The position numbers were made by a program, and so were the translations under genes. 64,000 nucleotides of DNA from Pocillopora damicornis (taxonomy: Eukaryota). A model generated the notes under the pieces. It saw only the letters and a program-made list of their open reading frames with translations, did no database searches and was not told the DNA's origin. This document shows positions 22,590 through 36,425 of the stretch, piece by piece (within the stretch, counting starts at the first letter, position 1; every line of letters begins with the position of its first letter). Where the stretch lies: the NCBI RefSeq assembly GCF_003704095.1, contig NW_020846941.1, positions 1 through 64,000 of the forward strand, given 5' to 3'.

Positions 22590-22934
22590 GTTTTTGCTGG
22601 TTTCTTCCTTTGCTGGATACCAATGTGGAGTTTGTCTCTCTCCAATCGATTCTACCCAACACCAGTTCCTAGAGTGGTTCCATTGTTGGTGACATTTTTC
22701 GTGTTTTTAAGTAGTTCCATCAACCCCCTTATTTACGCGGCGACAAATAATGGATTTAGACAAGAGTTTCGCAAAATGCTGTTTTGTCGTCGCCAACGAA
22801 GGCAAATTGTCCCGAGACAAAAAAGAGCTGGGACAATCGTGGAGAACATTGAACTACAGGAGCATGCAGATGTCAGTAGAAATGTCACGTATATGGCCAT
22901 TTTAAAGATGAGTGCGAACGGAAGCATTCTTTAG
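22590..22934 (+). CDS. GPCR C-terminal part, near-identical paralog, 5' part lost in gap
   Basis: VFAGFFLCWIPMW...SSINPLIY...MSANGSIL*. Confidence 0.88.
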   Translation, partial: VFAGFFLCWIPMWSLSLSNRFYPTPVPRVVPLLVTFFVFLSSSINPLIYAATNNGFRQEFRKMLFCRRQRRQIVPRQKRAGTIVENIELQEHADVSRNVTYMAILKMSANGSIL

Positions 22935-23249
22935 AAAAGATATCCAAGATAATTAGACCGCAAAAGTAGTTGCCTTATGAGTTAGTCAATACACCACTGA
23001 AGTTAGAAATAAACCTAACTGGAAGTGGAAGGACTCTTTAGATTTTCTAATGAGACTGTTGAACTTGAAAACTACTTTTAGTGCTATTACCTTTTTTTCA
23101 AATTTTTATCTTCATTTTATCATATTTTTACATTTTTTAAAGGCTTTCTACTAGAAGGCAGAAAGCTCAGTGTAAGGTTTAGATAATTTTTTACCAGGGG
23201 AAGTATTGTTGTCCCATCATGCCTTTTAAACCTGATTCCAGTAATATTA

Positions 23250-23418
23250 TTTTTTTTTTTCACATCGTGTGATATAGTTCAACCACTCCGTTGTATATAT
23301 CACTGGATACTTCCCTTTTTATTACATCGTGTGATATAGTTCAACCACTCTGTTGTATAAAGCATTGAATATTTTCCGTTTTTTTTTTTACATCGTATGA
23401 TATAGTTCAACCACTCTG
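23250..23418 (+). repeat. Three tandem ~63-bp units
   Basis: ACATCGT(G/A)TGATATAGTTCAACCACTC at ~23262, 23324 and 23390. Confidence 0.85.
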
Positions 23419-25445
23419 GTACTGAATATTCTCATTAGTTCTGCAAGTGATACTACTAGTCCGTAAAATCGTGACAGTGACAGCCCTGGCAAATGCGACT
23501 ATTACTCAAACTGAAACATGGATCATTCATGCATATGGATGTCAAATGGGAAAAAATTTAACGAAAAGAGTAACTCAGAGTGTCACTTCCAAGTCGCCAA
23601 GAAAGTCATGTTATTTTACCCGACGCTCGGTGTAATGGCTACACTTTTCAGGTCGAGAATGACAGGTTACGCGATTAACACTGGACATTTTTGATTTCGA
23701 AAAACTTTGACATCTTGGCACAATAGTAACACAATTCACGCAGACAATAATTCCAAGCTGTTGTCAAAACAGTACGCCATTCTTTTAGATGTTTTTTATC
23801 TCGCGCCATTGTAAGCCAGTTTTTAAAGGTTTCCGACTGTTGCCGAAAGCTTACGTTTTCGATCGTTAAACGAAAGAAAGTTTTTAATCAAGTGACTCAG
23901 TCAGTCATTCCGATATGAAAAGCACACACTGCTACACTTATTTTATAGAATTGGTTAAATTTCATAAAATTCTTCTTTCTGTTTCTAAGCAACAACAGCG
24001 AGCTGCGAGGAGTTCATAGTCTGCTAATCAAATATTTTATTAAGGCTAAGATATTAACGGATTTCATTGAATCAGATAAAGGCACATTAACACTTCTTGG
24101 TTCCCTTTGACAGGTGCAACTGCCAAGAAAAACTTACTGAAGAAGACTTAAACCTTCTGAGGTCCATCAAATATTTTTTTCTTGTTACCACTGTTTCTAA
24201 AGATTTAAACTAAGTTTTGAATAAATTTGAGCCTAACCAGGTGAATTTCCTTTCGCTTACCGCCACCTCACACTGTCAGAAATTGCAATTCTTTTTTCTT
24301 CGATGGATTTATTTTAAAAACTCCTGAAGATCAGCCCGGAAAATTAACATATTTTTTTCATAACTTCCTCGTGTACTTTCGTAGGAAATATTATCGACCC
24401 TTATTTCGATTATGATTGAAACGCTCAAGGGGGCACCTCATAATTAAAATAGACTCTTCGGAGAAGTTGAGTATGACGGATAGGGATGTCTCTTTTTTAG
24501 GCCAGGTGATCACAAACAGGACATTTTTCACGAGTTGAAGTATAACATACAGCAAGGTACACCGTGTGTTTAAATACCGTGTGTTTAAATAAATTCTTTC
24601 CAAAAGGCCGATCAGTGTAGGTATGATTCATGATTACTGCTTTTCTGAATGGTGGTTTACTGCTTAGCTTTAAATGACTTAAATTAAAGACATCCGATAT
24701 TTATTTTGGCGGTTAGTTAGGCTTATTTCAAAATAGAAGTTTTTCAAAGCAGATTCTATTCACTCTCTTTAAGACTAGACTGACGAAGCGAAATGTTCTC
24801 ATGGTTTTCGTACACACCAACTTAATTCATTTGGGATGAAAACACTGACACAAAAACCGATGTGTTTGAATTGTTGAAAAGGCAGTAATCGCCCACTAAA
24901 AATTGCAAATTTGACATTCGATATTGAATTTCACATGTTCCTTATGCAATCACCTACCATCAGCCAAAAAAGGAAAACAATTCAATTAGTCTTAGCCCAG
25001 CGTCTTTAACAGAGGAAGATCTCTTTATATTTTCTTCCTGCTGTTCCTATTCCACGTTTCTCACTTTGGATGCGCGTTTTCATAATGCAGCGTAATTCTA
25101 TTAGTTAATTCTTTATCCTAATATGAGGAGGTACACAAAAGATAACTTTGCGTCGGTGTTTACAAATGGAAGCCTGAGGACAAAACTGGTTTACTGCAAA
25201 TCTTTCAGCAATATTTTGAAGATTTTTCGAGTTGATTCCTCACGTATTTTTCAGAAAGATATGCTGAGAAAGAATGTTAGTATAAACGCCATGCTTTTCT
25301 GGCTATGAATAAGTATGATATATCAAAGTTCCGGAGTTACAGACGGATGTCAGCTTGCGTGATGATGCCTGGGTAAATATTCTGTCAATCAGGAACGCAA
25401 CTCATGAAACTGAGTTCACAAGCGGAAGATCGTGAAAGGTTCAAA

Positions 25446-25727
25446 ATGGATGTCCTAGATCTTCCCCCAAGAAGCTTAGGTCTGGTTATCCTCGAATGCA
25501 GCATTTGTCTTTTGTTAAATATCGGTAGTTTAGTCGGTAATGGCATGCTTTGTGCCGCAGTCTACCGCAATCCAAGACTCAGATCCACGACCAACTTATA
25601 CATCATTGCCTTATCTGTCGGAGACCTCATTTGCGCCGTTCTTGAAATGCCGTTTACCTTTTGGACGTTGGTAGTGGGAAGATGGGCCCTCGGTGACGGG
25701 ATGTGCCAAGTTCACGGTTTTGTCGAC
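25446..25727 (+). CDS. GPCR N-terminal part (TM1-TM3), 3' part lost in gap
   Basis: MDVLDLPPRS...GN...LSVGD...WALGDGMC. The upstream ATG at 25404 is out of frame in the paralog, so 25446 is the likely start. Confidence 0.88.
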
Positions 25728-25827
25728 NNNNNNNNNNNNNNNNNNNNNNNNNNNNNNNNNNNNNNNNNNNNNNNNNNNNNNNNNNNNNNNNNNNNNNNNN
25801 NNNNNNNNNNNNNNNNNNNNNNNNNNN

Positions 25828-26193
25828 GTAATGATTAGTCTTGACGATTCGGATGTACCTGTTGAAGGCTGTAAGACCCATAGTCGCCGGAGGACAGTAA
25901 GTTGAGAAAACGTCGACAAAACCGTGAACTTGGCACATCCCGTCACCGAGGGCCCATCTTCCCACGACTAATGTCCAAAAGGTAAACGGCATTTCAAGAA
26001 CGGCGCAAATGAGATCTCCGACAGATAAAGCAATGATGTACAAGTTGGTCGTGGATCTGAGTCTTGGATTGCGGTAGACTGCGGCACAAAGCATGCCATT
26101 ACCGACTAAACTGCCGATATTTAACAAAAGACAAATGCTGCATTCCAGAATAACCAGACCTAAGCTTCTTGAGGGAAGATCTAGGACATCCAT
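25828..26193 (-). CDS. GPCR N-terminal part (TM1-ICL2), 3' part lost in gap
   Basis: MDVLDLPSRS...FNRYIRIVKTNHY; abuts the gap 25728-25827. Confidence 0.88.
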
Positions 26194-28034
26194 TTTAAAC
26201 CTTTCACGATCTTCTGCTTGTGAACTCAGTTTTCATGAGTTGCGTTCCTGTTTGACAGAATATTTACCCAGGCATCATGACACAAGCTGACATTCGTCTG
26301 TAACTCCGGAACTTTAATATATCGTAATTATTCATAGCCAGAAAAACATGGCGTTTATACTAACATTCTTTCTCAGCACGTCTTTCTGAAAAATTCGTGT
26401 GAAACCAACTCGAAAAATCTTCAAAATATTGCTGAAAGATTTGAAGTAATTAAGTCTCATTCTCAGGCTTCTATTTTTAAACACCGACGCAAAGTTTTCT
26501 TTTCTATACCTCCCTATATTGGCCTAAAGAGTAACTTCAGTAACAACCAATAGAATCTCGTTGCATTATGGAATCGTGCATCCGAGGTAAGAGACCTGTG
26601 CTGGTGCTATTGGGATGGGAACAACAGGAGGAAATACAACGAGATCTTCCTCTGTTAAAGACGCTGGGCTAAAACTAATTAAATTGTTTTCCCTTTTTGG
26701 TTGATAACAGGTGATTGCATTAGGAGCAAGTCAAGTACAATACCGAATGTCAAATTTGCGATTTTAGGGGGCGATTACTGCCTTTTCAACCTTACTGTGT
26801 TAGTCTTTATTTGAGCCTTCTTCGTGGGAGATGTGAGATAAAAACGACCACAGCGTCAAAATTCAATTTAGTGAAGAGCTTTTACTCATAGGAAGCGGAA
26901 GGACCTTGAAGTAATGTCAAAAGGACAGTGGATGGTCATTTTTCTTAATTTCCGCACTGCTTCTTTAAATCTACACTATTACTGATGAAAGCATCGTAAG
27001 GAAAAAACTTTTATCTAAAGTTTCAGCTGAGTAACAAGATTTTTCCAGAAAAAAATAATTAAAAAAAAAAAAAGGTGAAGACAAAATTTTTGTCGAAAGA
27101 TAAATCAATTGATTAGGCAGATTAATATGACAGACTGAACAGTAAAGGTAGCGAAAAGTTTTCACTGTTCACCAACACGGAAAAAAATAGAACTATACAT
27201 CGTGAATCCTTCTGTCGCATGTTTGCTGTACTCTGATGTAAAACAAACTTCATGGTGAATTAAAATTATTCTTGACAAATACCAAGTGCAGCGTTTAGAT
27301 AAGAAACACTAAAATATCAACATTTATAGATGTAAATCAATAGATGTATACCAGTTGTAATGAGGACAATAACATAAAAAATACGGCACAAATATATCTC
27401 TCGAACCACGGTAGCGCTTGAAATGTCCATTTCGACGACATCCCACAAAAAATAACGAACTGAGCTGCTTCACGTCCGCAGTTAAGCTATTTTATGTCAG
27501 TCTATGCTACGCACAAACTGACAAACAATTTTACAGTAATCAGCTGCCCAACTGACAAAAGAGCAATAACTTAAATGCACGATTTATAATTAACAATTTC
27601 CATCATTCATACGGAACCTTTGACAATTATGTTTTAGTATCTGACCAGCCATACGTCAAAAGAATTACAATGTAGCTGACCAAATAAAACCCAGCTGCTA
27701 TTGCAATGTAGTCTCATTTTAACTGCGCGCATGCGGTCAAATTTGGAAAAAAAATTCTTATCTAGTATGTCCATAGTAATCATAAGGATGACCCTTGAAG
27801 ATTCTCCAGTCAGTATTTAAATGGATCAGGAACTATCGCTGATAGACAATGGAATTGTTTAATAGTAAAACGATTACCGCGAAAATCTTTTAAGAGAAAC
27901 TTAAGAAGTTTTACCTTCTGGGTATGTTCAATGGCTCGATTAAATATTTAAGAAAATAGACCATTTTAGAGCCAAGTGACAAGATCCCGTGTTCCTTTGC
28001 GACCCGAGTTCAATCACGTCGTCATTTAATTCTC

Positions 28035-28210
28035 CCAGGGCCTCTCTCCGAACAGCACAAAAGATAGACACCGGTTATCTGACAGGGAACCTGATGAAAA
28101 ATGCTGAAGGCTGAAGGGTGGGAGGCCGGGAGGGAGGCCGAGGTAAGGAGTGTAACGTGCGATGCACTGGTATACCTTCCAGGCAAAAATGATGGTAAAC
28201 GTTCACATGA
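28035..28210. mobile_element. Degenerate SINE-like relic (resembles the Nin-domain SINE core); related relics at ~30100-30235 and ~58870-58950
   Basis: CTCTCTCC...ACCGG...AATGCTG...GCGATGCACTGGTATACCTTCCAGG resembles my recollection of that consensus; the other two relics look like its reverse complement. Confidence 0.4.
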
Positions 28211-28434
28211 ATCAATAGCGTAGCTAGGTGGGGGGTCCTGAGGTGCTCGTGATCCCCCCTTTGTAAGCCTTTTTTTGTCATATAAAGTGAGGCACGGCGT
28301 GGAGGTCGACATGACAATCTGTCACTGTTATCGTTGACAGTCCCCTTCACGACTAACCCCCACGTACCGGAAGTTCATGCCATACTGATGTACTGAACCT
28401 TTCACTCACTCTAACGAAGCTTCATGTCGCCATC

Positions 28435-31400
28435 TCAGAGCTCGTCTCTCGACTTGCTGGTAGATCTCTCATTAAGAATGCTACTTAGAGTGCTGTTCAA
28501 CAGTTTATGGCGACTTTCTTTAACTGCATCTGCCGCCTTGTATACCAACCTCATGAACTCGTCCACATTGAAGGCATAATTTGTAAATTTAGCATGAGCT
28601 CCTAAGGTTGGATGATGTCCCTGTTAAAATAAGCATCATATTTATTTGATTTAACCAAAATACATTTCAAAATCTTCTCCTTCTGGTGCTCTACATTTTG
28701 AACTACAGGGAAACCCACATGTGAGCTCCACCCTTGTCATATAACCGGTTCTAGTCTATGCCACACTCCCGGTCAGTACCTCACCGACAGGCTCACGTGG
28801 GCTCATCTGACCAAGCACCTCACAGGCTTCTGACGTAGTCTGCGAGAGTCGACCTGGCCCCCTTAGCTCACTAGCGGGAGGTCTACGAGGGGTCTGGTAC
28901 TAAAAACGAAATAATTTTTTGTGCTAGACCGCTCGAAGATCTCAAGCGGGCTTCTGGAACAGGGTAACATGTTCCACTTGTGACAGGTGTCCTGCACACT
29001 GCTAACATCAGCAATGTTCAAAGCCTCTTGGGCGGAGATGTACCTCCAGAAATGGTAAATCTTTACCGGGCTAGTTCGTCGAACAAGGAACAATTTCCTA
29101 ACATCTGTGAAACCAGGCTGAGTCAAAGAAACCAGTGTGGCATGTTACTCACCTCGTCTTCCTGATAAAGCTTCTCGTTGTGTTCCCACGTGATGTAATT
29201 GACGCCCCTGTTAAAACAAAAAAAGGTCTTTAAAACAAAATTATACATAAGTGCAGTTACAGACATATTTCATGGTGATCTTACCTTAGTCTTGCTAAGT
29301 CACTGTAACACTCAGGGTCTTCGGTATTATACCTAAATACAAATCAATTTTGAAGTTTTTTAGGCATTTTTCTGTACTAGCAACGCTGGATCGTGAACAC
29401 CAGTATAGGGCAGACTTTTTGTATGAGGGGCGAACACGTATTCTGAGCCTTTCCTTGGTCAAATTTAATTTTAAGTACCTTATCATAAGGGCAGAACCTC
29501 CGAGTGAACACATGTAGCTGTCAGCCTGCAAAGTATTTTGGTGTCGCTCCTGATTAAGGGGTGGTGTTAAACTTTCTAAGGCAATCAGAAAGCGCAGCAA
29601 AGAGAAGCAGATACATAACGAAACTACTGTAGATTGAAACTCATTTTTAATTGCTTGACACAAACACTTTAACATAGGGAGCAGAGTAACAGTCACTTTT
29701 GATTTAGTTGCAAAAATTGGTATTTCCACAAGGGAACATCAACAGGTTGTAAGGACAGCGATTGCATGTACATTATGTTGCGCTACGTACAGTTCAAAAA
29801 GTACTGCCCAATCCGGTAAAAACAGCGCATGCGCGAGACCTGCTCCATGCATTCCAATAAATATGTCGGAATTGTGCGTTATCTGAAAAAAATAAACAAA
29901 CAAAAAACAAAACTATCTTGATGATAATAACGAGAATGACGATGATGATGACGATGAAGAAAATGATAAAGATGATTATCATGATGACAACAATTGGGAG
30001 AGTGATAATGAAGATTTTTTCAATCTACTAGTATTTGTAAAGTTCTTAGATTCTTCTCAGTAGTAGCTTTTCTGCCTTTAGGCTCATAATTTACTACATC
30101 TGTAGTTCATCCAAGTTTATGTGGCTTAAAATGATGAGGACTATTGCCTCTCCCCCAGAATGGGGTGGCAGTCTATCACAGGTTACTTTTACAGTTTAAC
30201 AATATTCATTTACACTGCAGTTGGAGAGAGAAATGTAACTGATAAAACTTAAAGTTCACACACCTTTAATTGTTCCAAGAATGGAATTTTCCTACAAGGA
30301 AAAAATCCCAGCAAAACAAATTACTAAAATGTAATCACAGTATTAAACTATGCTAGAGAAAAATGGCAATTATGACAATTTAGTTGAAGCATCTTACCAA
30401 GTGTAATCAACAACTTTCACTTTAAACATTGGAACATTCATCATTGCACCCACGAGCTGCATGTTTGAAACAATACAAATTGTGAAAGAAAAAGAAATTC
30501 TGAATACTTTTAACAGGAGTCAACCTAAAACTTTTACAAGTATTAGTTCCAGTGCTCTACCAACTGTGCTTTATGAGACTTTTGTTTACAAGGCTGCTCT
30601 TCTAGGATCACTTGTATTAACAACTGAACTGATAAAATGGATAATATACATGAAAAGTGAAGAAATGTTCATAGTAGGTCATTAGTGCACAGCAAAAAAT
30701 TCCATATCAAGATATAAGCAGTAAGTGGTCCCTGTACAATTAATAGCATGATCCTTATAGCAAGCATTTACTTGGAAAGTAGCAGTGTTACAGCACAAGT
30801 ATTCCAGAAAAACAAGTTCAATTCCTTCATACCTCATCTCTATTTAGAATTCTGCGATACTTTGTGCTTCGATCCAACAGTGTTATTCTAAATTCATCTT
30901 CCTAAAAAATTGAAAATGAACATTGAATCAATAAATCATAAAAAACACAAAATAAACAAAATAATGTCAAATAATTCAAAATTGGATACAAAAAAATGCC
31001 ACAGGTAAATAAACCTCTAGATTACCTGATTTTAAATGCATGCACAGCTTACTCACTCTATGATTGTCTTGTATTACACTGAGGCGATGTAGCATATGCT
31101 CTGAAAAAGCTTTAAAAAGACCGCTTCCAACACAGCTTGGAACCTGTAAGATTGTTAAACATATCTGTTGTAAATGTTAACAGTGAATAGTTTAGAGTCA
31201 TGTAAATATTCCCTTAAAAGTATTTTAATTATTGTAGGTTTACTTTACCAATGGCATGTTGAAGTATAGCCCACGAATCATTCTTGGGTTGAATGAAAAC
31301 ACAGCATCTTTGAAACAAACCTATGAAAAAAAAAACATTGACACCTGGCAGTCAATATAAACCCCTTAACTATCATGAGTGACCAAGACAGAATTTTTTC

Positions 31401-34400
31401 TTACAGGACCAATACAATACCAAGCAGACAAGTGACAAGAATAAAAAAGAATATTAAGAATTAACTAGGGGGTTATTAAGTGATCCAATACCAAATTCTA
31501 CAAACTAACATCACAAGAATTATATGGCAGACAGTAAGGAGAATTACTAATGAGATCTTGGGAGTTGAAGGGTTAAGTCAATTTCCTCTCTTACATGTCA
31601 TGTTAAAATGTTACTTGCTTGTTCTTCAATTTCATGTTATATCATACTCACCCGTTTTCCAGCATATTCACTTAACCGTATAATGCGATGCTGGGTAAAT
31701 GCCTTCCATGTTTCAGAGAAGAGATCGCGGTATGTAAGAGAACTCTAAAACAACAAGATCATACAAGGGAAATTAACATTGCTCTTTTTAGAAAGGGCCT
31801 ACATGCACTCAGATTTTAGTTAATTTTTATCTAAAGTATGTGTTTTGTATTGCATCAGAATTTATCAAAAGGTGTGGTTACAAATACAATACAAATAATG
31901 TCTTACCGTGTCCCACATGAGAATATTGATATCAGTGCTAAGACTTCCATTCATGTGCTGAGTTACATAAAGGTTCACAAAGTCACAAAAATGGTGATAC
32001 AAGTTGATACCTGAAATCATCAAATAAAAACAATTTCACCGAAATACCAAAGCTTATGAAACTGGTATTTAAGTATAATTAAGTGTGTTGACTATCAATT
32101 GACCATTTCACTCCCACAGGTGATTTACATGTAACTTCTCCCTAGAGCATTCAACATTATCCAGCAAACAGGTAATGAGAATACTTAAACTTATCAGGTT
32201 AAAGTTATCTTGATCTAACATCAAATTCTTGTATCTAATTCAAAAGGAAATGTCTAGCAGCTACAGGGGAAAATTAACAATCAGATCTTGGTAGTTTAAG
32301 GGTTAGACAACATCATAGTAAAGGATTTAAATCCTGGACCTTTTTTCTTGAATGGAAAAAACTATTAATCGTTAATTATAAGAGTTAAACTAACTCAATT
32401 ATACATAAATTATCTTTTAAGGATCAGGATCTTCAGTGAATATACCAGTAGAGTTAACAGCAGTCTATAAACTCACTGTAGGTCCATGATAAGCTACAGT
32501 TTGCTTTCCGAAGCACAAAATTTATATTTCATAGTTAATACATAACTGCACAGTCTAGTGTGGCATGATTACTTTAACAGGTTCAACACAATGTGTACCT
32601 GCATCCAATTTCATAAAAACAGTCGGTCTATTCACTATAACATCACAAAGTCCAGCCTGTAAGGGTTTAACAGAAAGTGATGTAAAGTGCTCTAGTTCAG
32701 CAAACCTGTAGTTAAACAAAAAATTGAACAGTGATTAACCCTTTAAATCTCAAAAGTGATTAACATGTAATTTCTCCAAATAATATCCAGACATCATTCA
32801 GCAGACAGGTAATGAGAATACTCAAACTAATCAGGGAGAAGTTGTTATCATGATCTAACACTGAATTATTGTCACCAATTTATTGGGAAATAATTAGCAA
32901 CTAGAGTGGAGAATGAACAACCAGATCTTGAGAGGTAAAGGGTTCACAATAAATGCAATTCTACCACAACCTGGTTTTCCTTTACTCACCATGACTGCAG
33001 AGGACTTTTGTTTTTATTCTGATTCTTGTGTAAGTCTTTCTTAAAATGACAGTGACCTCCAACCTCCCCCTCTTTCAACACATCTTCGCGAAACCTGAAT
33101 CATCATACAAAACAATAATAAAAAATTGGTTTGTCATAACTCAATCTTTAGTGGTCCATACAAAAAATTCAAGGTTATCTTCATCTAAAGGGGCTAAGAT
33201 ACTAAAAATATAGAGATCATTATTTGACCTTTCTATGATAATGAAGTCGTGAATTGAACCTCAATGGTAAGCTGTAACAAACCTGTCATTGGTAGCATCT
33301 GGGTTAAAATTTTTTAAATCAAAATATATGTTTGTTGCATGGCAGTACCACAGATTAGCAGTGCAGGTCAATGATGAATCTCCCTATAAATCAATTATGA
33401 TAAACATAAATAATGGTGATAAATAGTTAAATTAAAGTCAAAGACTTCTCTGTAATGTTTTACCAAAAACAAAAATACATTCAAGTTATACTTCTACTAA
33501 ACCTTAATCAATTTTGAAGCAAAACTTTATGATGTACTAATTTAATTGAACCCATACCAGCTCCTTGGGCTGACACAATTCCATAACTTGACTTTTCATT
33601 TTCTTGATGTAACCAAAGTCTCCTTGTTCCCAAAACAACTGGACTTGATCCTCCATAGTTTTAGCCCTTAATTAAAATAATTCTATGATGTTACAAGTGA
33701 ATAAGCTGCAATATATTAAAAAAAAAAATATCATTTGATCTAGAGTACTTCCCAAAAGGATAAATATTGAGTAAAATCAAAACTATAGCATGCAGTCATT
33801 CTATTCAATATGACCACTTCCGGAGACTTTAGCCCTTTACACCCAAAACATCATTATGTATATTCTCTATACTGTTCTCTACATATTTCTTAAGGTGCTG
33901 ACAAAGAGAATTTGTTTAACAGTAACGAATATCTTCAGTTGTTGATCATTTCCTTTATTCTCATGACCTTAATGTTTTGATTCAGAGGTGACATGTAGGG
34001 AGAAATTAGATGTTAGTCTGATTCTTAGGGTTAAAAGGGTTAAGTTTGAAGATCTTCAAAGATAACCAAAGTAACCCAGGCTGTATAGACAACTACTTGG
34101 GAAGATGATCCACAAAAGAATTTCAGAATTTGAGGTCTTCAGTTCATGTAGATGGACTTTGTTTTTCCTTGATATCAGTTGGAAAGACATTGTTTTTATA
34201 ATCCTAAGGTGGCTCATGCAGAAATTTCCAATTTATCTCCAACAAAGTGTTCTTTTCAAATCCACAACTTATTTTGAACAACCGAGAAAGACAGTTGGGA
34301 GACAAACACCCTGAACTGACTCACTCCTCAAGAACTGACTAAAAGTTATATTTACCCTAGTGACATTCAATATCAAAATTATGTACTTATACTTGCCAAG

Positions 34401-35115
34401 GCTGATGAAGATGAATACAGCGTGGCTTGGAAAACTGATTCAGTGGATTACAATCATCTTCATATCCCCAACATGGCATGTTTTTTGACTCTCCATCCTT
34501 AGAATAAAATTTCAGTTACATTTAGCATTAATACAAAAATACTTGCTTAATATATAAAACACTTTCTTAACACTTGTTTCCTGGTTAATGAAATTCAGCT
34601 CAACAAGAATTTCTAGAGAACAAATTATCATTTCATATAGAACTTAGGGGAACTTCAAATAGGATCAAAGGCACTGCTTGCATTGCTGGAAAATGCAAAC
34701 AATAACAACAAAAAACCCAAAATGAACACGGTTTTGGCTATATATCTGATAGGTGAGAAAAATTGCCAATAGAGTAGCGCCCGTGCAATATACTTTGGAC
34801 GTCCGATTTAAAATTGCTTGTATACCTAATTGTGATGACATCTGAAGAGTAAGCTATGGTTGGCCACAGGCTAGTAACTCATACAGTTAAATCTTCATCA
34901 CACGTACATCACACTCAGTTGGGCAACTTTTTTAGCTAAATATTTACCTGGCAAGCTCCATTGCTGCAGAGTCCCATTTTACCGGCTTTCTTCCTCAGGA
35001 AATAAGGAATATGGCTTGGTGGAACGTTAACATTTCGGAGATCCCAGACGGAAGCAACTTTACTGAAGTCCATAAATAGAATGAACATCACAAGTGCTGT
35101 GACAGAGGCCTTCAT
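28435..35115 (-). CDS. EOGT: EGF domain-specific O-linked GlcNAc transferase, multi-exon (about 16 exons)
   Basis: Signal peptide plus PPSHIPYFL (34948-35115); exons encoding [21 protein letters not shown]...[51 protein letters not shown]; C-terminal ER-retention RDEL* at 28435. Confidence 0.93.
31358..31576. mobile_element. TTAA-flanked MITE (piggyBac-like termini), subfamily A
   Basis: Ends GGGAGTTGAAGGGTTAA; internal sequence shared with the 48863, 56626 and 59847 copies. Confidence 0.75.
32099..32306. mobile_element. TTAA-type MITE, subfamily B
   Basis: Degenerate termini; internal CAGGTAATGAGAATACT..AAACT..TCAGG shared with the 32735 copy. Confidence 0.7.
32735..32946. mobile_element. 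TTAA-type MITE, subfamily B
   Basis: TTAACCCTTTA ... TAAAGGGTTCA. Confidence 0.75.
33829..34043. mobile_element. TTAA-type MITE, subfamily C
   Basis: TTAGCCCTTTACACCC ... AAAAGGGTTAA; internal sequence shared with the 49675 and 51250 copies. Confidence 0.75.
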
Positions 35116-36425
35116 TCTGAAACTAGGTGACAAAAAGTGGAGCAAATTTAGATATATTTTCAATGTAACCTAGCCAGACATCTTTTCAGACATTTTGCTG
35201 CCCTGCAGAACCACTATTTTACACTGCATTTTATAAAGAAGGCCGATTATTCTAGNNNNNNNNNNNNNNNNNNNNNNNNNNNNNNNNNNNNNNNNNNNNN
35301 NNNNNNNNNNNNNNNNNNNNNNNNNNNNNNNNNNNNNNNNNNNNNNNNNNNNNNNCAACCCCACTGTCCTCCCTACTTTACGGCATTTGATTTTCCTTCA
35401 TGAAATTACTCCCCCAAAATGACCAAAGAAGTTGCTTTATTTGAGCAGGTATTGTAAGCTGGTAACGAAATTCTTGCTTGCAGAGCAAGTGCCGTTTGCC
35501 CCGATAACTATTGCGTGACTACAGGTGGAATGACTTTTAAAAATGGCGAATACATATTCGACAAGTTTTGCTTCAAAATAAGCACAGAAAATAGTATAAT
35601 CAAAGACGATCATTGACTACAATATCATTTTTATTCTCGTATTTAAAAAACTAGATTTTTATCATAGATGAAAATTTGGACAACAATTAAGGAATGTACT
35701 GATAACATGAGCAACATTCGATGATTTGTACGTGCACGGGTACAGAGCTTACGGGGACGTTTAAAAGCGTTCCTAAAACAAGAAGAAAAAAAAGGGAAAA
35801 GAAATATTTCACTTAATTACATCATTGACTTTCTACCGTGGACAGGTTCACCTGAAAAAAATAGACGTATCTTTAACGTTAATGATTTAGGAGACTCAGC
35901 AGGAAGCTGAAACGATCTCATTTCGTTTCATTAATTTAAATAATTCAATACCATTATGCTGCATTATAATTTTCGTTCTTCTAAAATGGAGTACTAATAC
36001 CAAGATAAACCACTGCCTAAAAGGTTAAAAATAAAAAACGTTTGCTCCCTAAGGACTGATTCGTTCGAAACAAATCCCGAGGTGAAACGAATTATCATGT
36101 ATCGAAACACAACAGTAGAGGTTCGCTCCGCTACTTCGTCAACCACCTACCGTATGGCACTTAATGATGTCATTCGTTGTATTCGAAATAGTTAAAAATC
36201 GAGCAAAGTATTTTAAAATTTGGTATCCGTTTGAACGGTTCTCAGTCAATCTTGCTATTGGTGTTCCTCTGTAAACAGCTTTAAAGGCTGGACAACAAAT
36301 ACTGCTTATGCTAGTTAGCTTGACTTGCGATTTTTTGAATCTGGAACAGTTCGAAAGTAAAAATCAAAGTTAATTAAATCAGTCTTGAAGTAGAACAGTG
36401 AAGTATAACCACTCATTCTGACGGT

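Larger units (their letters stand above)
21200..26790. repeat. Segmental duplication of a GPCR with its flanks, appearing as nested inverted repeats
   Basis: ~21200-21785 is the reverse complement of ~24270-24860; ~21830-22455 of 22590-23210; ~24880-25727 of ~25912-26790. Confidence 0.85.

Noticed and set aside
22108-22934. Genuine palindromic GPCR or hairpin-RNA locus
   Set aside because: The symmetry centre is an N gap and is explained by one mis-oriented contig; ORFs running through the Ns are artefacts.
21373-24603. Similar 95-aa and 70-aa ORFs at 21373 (+) and 24391 (-)
   Set aside because: Non-ATG starts in duplicated non-coding flank of the GPCR segmental duplication.
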